Assembly: GCA_965603825.1 (NCBI GenBank)
Contig: CBFDEM010000060.1
Span: 372,001-436,000 of the forward strand
Direction of reading: 5' to 3'
DNA length: 64,000 nucleotides
Source of the DNA: Blepharisma stoltei ATCC 30299
Lineage: Eukaryota; Protista; Ciliophora
Under the pieces are notes generated by a model, which saw only the letters and a program-made list of their open reading frames with translations, searched no databases and had not been told where the DNA came from. The first letter of the stretch is position 1, and every line of letters begins with the position of its first letter. Position numbers and translations under genes: made by a program. Positions 61,543-64,000 of the stretch are shown here, piece by piece.

Positions 61543-64000
61543 CTATTTGCACGCACAAATTGGAAAAGTATCTTCATCAGCTTGACTGCAGCTCAGAGTT
61601 TCTCAATCTCCCTGGATTAAAATGTTTTTCTTTTCTTTTGTTATAATTCCTAGCATTTTCCCTTCAGCTTCTCCTTGTATATCAAGCTGGCTAAATGCTC
61701 TCAGTTTTCCACTAGCCCATATTCTAAAGCGAGGAGTTTCTTCTCAATTTTCTTTCAAAATTTCAAGGTTGTTCAGCACTTGAATTCCCCAATCAATACA
61801 GACTTTACTTCTATCCAAGCAAGTATCTTCACAAGTTGCATTTTTAAACCCAATAACTGTTGTAAACCTCCTTTTCAATTCTGTATAAACTTTGCTATAA
61901 AAAGTATGAGAATTTTTAGGTACCAGAGGATAATCTCTAGGGTGTTGTGCAATACATAAACTACTTTTTAGTTCTACCAGTGGAGCTATTACCAATGAAA
62001 AGCTCTTAATTGTGTCCACTCTCCAAATATTTTGAATTTGAGCTATGAAAAATTCATTGTTATAAGTATAGTTACTGAAAGGGTATACCTCACTTTCAAA
62101 ATTAGGCTTAAAAGTATCTACAAAAACATCTGGAGGAGCCATATAAATTTCTGTTTGAAAAATAGCATTTGGTTCTTCATTTATCGAGAACTGTATTTTG
62201 AAATTCATAGTAGAGCTAAAGTCTGCACTTTCCGTCATTTCAGCATGTAGCAATGAGTTAAATGAGATTTTCTTACAAAAAATGTAGATTTTATTAAGGT
62301 TGCCATTGATAAATTCTATTGTAAAATCAACTAGAAATTGCAGAAGATCGATTTTTGATTCGTCTGTTATAGAAATTTCTTGGTACTCATTGCAGATGCA
62401 CCAATAAGAAGGAATATTAACATCTATGCACGTCTTTTCAGGGCTTATTTTTTCAGCTATCAAAGAGACAGAGTTTGCTTCAGAAATTTCTGTTTTTCAT
62501 GACGAATATAAAGTAGAATTTTCTAATAAAACTCCATAAGGCATCAAAGCCAAATGTTTTAAAGTTAAACGGATATCATACTTTGTTATTAATTTTCTTT
62601 GGTTATATTGCAAAATTCTATGCGTCTCAGGCCCAATTTTTCATACAAGCTCTTTATTCATAATAAAAAATGCAAAGGGCATCAAATTTTCTTTTGTGCC
62701 CTCTTCAAAATAATTCCATTTTCCAACATGAAGCCCATGGTCTGAGGTTATTATAATAGCCAGATCTTCATCCAGCTCATTATATAGTGACAAAGTATCA
62801 TTTATAAACCTCAATAAATCTTTATCTACTGTTTTAATTGCTTTTCCTGTGTATTCATGGCCTTCCATAAGATGAATATAGCTAAACTTATTATGGCTTT
62901 TGTAATTATTGATGAATGAGGATGTATAATTCAACAAAAAATTGTGGGAATAATGTTCTCCTATACACCGCTCCATAGGATTAAAATCATAGTACCCATT
63001 ATACTCTCGTGCAATGTGCCAAAAATTTGATGCCATATGATCAGATATAATTTTATAGCCTGTATATGGATTGAGATACTCTTCAACTGTTTCAAACCCA
63101 AACATTGTTACGAATCCTAGCTTATTGTAATGTTTTCATATAGCATAGCGCTGGTATTTAGTGAATTCTTCATAATAAGATGCATTTTTGTATGAAAATC
63201 CTGATAGGTCTTCTTTTACTTTTTTCAGAGAAAATCCGTATAGAAGAGGAAGCATATTTGGTATGGTATTTTCTCCCAAAGCGTTGTGGAAGGGGAAATC
63301 GTATACAAGATACTTATTAGATGCTTCATTTATTAAGGAATCATTCATATAAGTAATAAAATTTGGAAAATTTTGATAAAATTGTTGTCTTGATAAAGAA
63401 TCAAAGACTATCAACAGCACAGTAAGTGGCTTTATACTAGAGCTATTCATCATTTTAGTGATCTTTTCAGTAGTATTCATAGAATGGTTTGATATTGTTT
63501 GTGAGTATCTATTAAATAAAACTGCAGAAGGCTTAGCATCTCCACATTTTGCATATGCAAACTCAGTAGTTTCCATGTCCACAGGTGACTCATATTCTGT
63601 AAATTTATATCTGGTGTTTGGTGATCCAATGTACTCTTGCTCTGGTTTAGTGCCTAAAAGGTAGAAGGCAGTTCTATTGTCACTACAAGAAATAGAGAGT
63701 AAATTATTTTCTATAGTGATTATAGGTCTAAAACTTTCATTGCAAGATTGATCTTTCTTAGATTGATCAAACACAAAATTCAATTGTTGGTCATTCATGC
63801 TAAATTTTTGAGGATTGCATGAATTATTGATAAGAAATGGATCTGAGTGTTGAAATAAGCTATATGATTTCATTGAAATATTGTAAGGAAGTGTAGACGT
63901 TTCCTCTATTTGTTCATTCGTTCTTAGATATTTAATAAATGTGTAGTCTTCTGTATAATCAGTAAAAATCGAAGTTTCAATTTTTTCGGTATTTTCAAAT
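61543..64000 (-). CDS. DUF229 (alkaline phosphatase/sulfatase-like) protein, 5' partial
   Basis: VLLIVFDSLSR, HNALGENTIPNM, IITSDHG, IPSYWCIC; frame open to the window edge. Confidence 0.85.

Noticed and set aside
1-64000. TGA as selenocysteine, Cys, or a sign of mass pseudogenisation
   Set aside because: TGA aligns with conserved Trp and with TGG in paralogs
1-64000. Mycoplasma or mitochondrial origin (also TGA=Trp)
   Set aside because: Spliceosomal introns and nuclear eukaryotic genes (XRN1, SNAP, LC8)
1-64000. tRNA/rRNA genes, CRISPR arrays, telomeric repeats, IESs inside genes
   Set aside because: None recognisable by eye; conserved genes are uninterrupted apart from tiny introns

Overview
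AT-rich eukaryotic DNA that behaves like the somatic (macronuclear-type) genome of a heterotrich ciliate, most likely Blepharisma. TGA is read as Trp, TAA/TAG are stops, introns are 15-16 nt (GTA...A-6...AG) and many intergenic gaps are very short. The supplied ORF track stops at every TGA, so most ORFs are fragments; re-read with TGA=Trp the window holds about 35 genes and pseudogenes. 1-26.6 kb is mostly housekeeping: 2OG-Fe(II) dioxygenase, two F-box paralogs, LysM-TLDc, two alpha-SNAPs, a degenerate mitochondrial carrier, dynein LC8, HSL-type lipase, XRN1 and purple acid phosphatase. 26.7-47.5 kb is a dynamic accessory island. It holds two NACHT-less pentapeptide-WD40 (NLR-sensor-like) paralogs separated by a near-complete APE-RT-CCHC non-LTR retrotransposon, a TIR-less internally deleted DD34E Tc1/IS630 transposase, a 9-copy array of two-TM Cys-rich proteins (BK-channel beta-subunit-like) with two hypervariable loops, a second decayed LINE, and a myristoylated NEK-like pseudokinase-Kelch. 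50-64 kb holds paired EGF-TM-RING ligases, a degenerate GDT1, paired DUF726 hydrolases, pyrimidine 5'-nucleotidase, a membrane protein and a DUF229 protein. All family calls come from reading motifs by eye; no database search was run.
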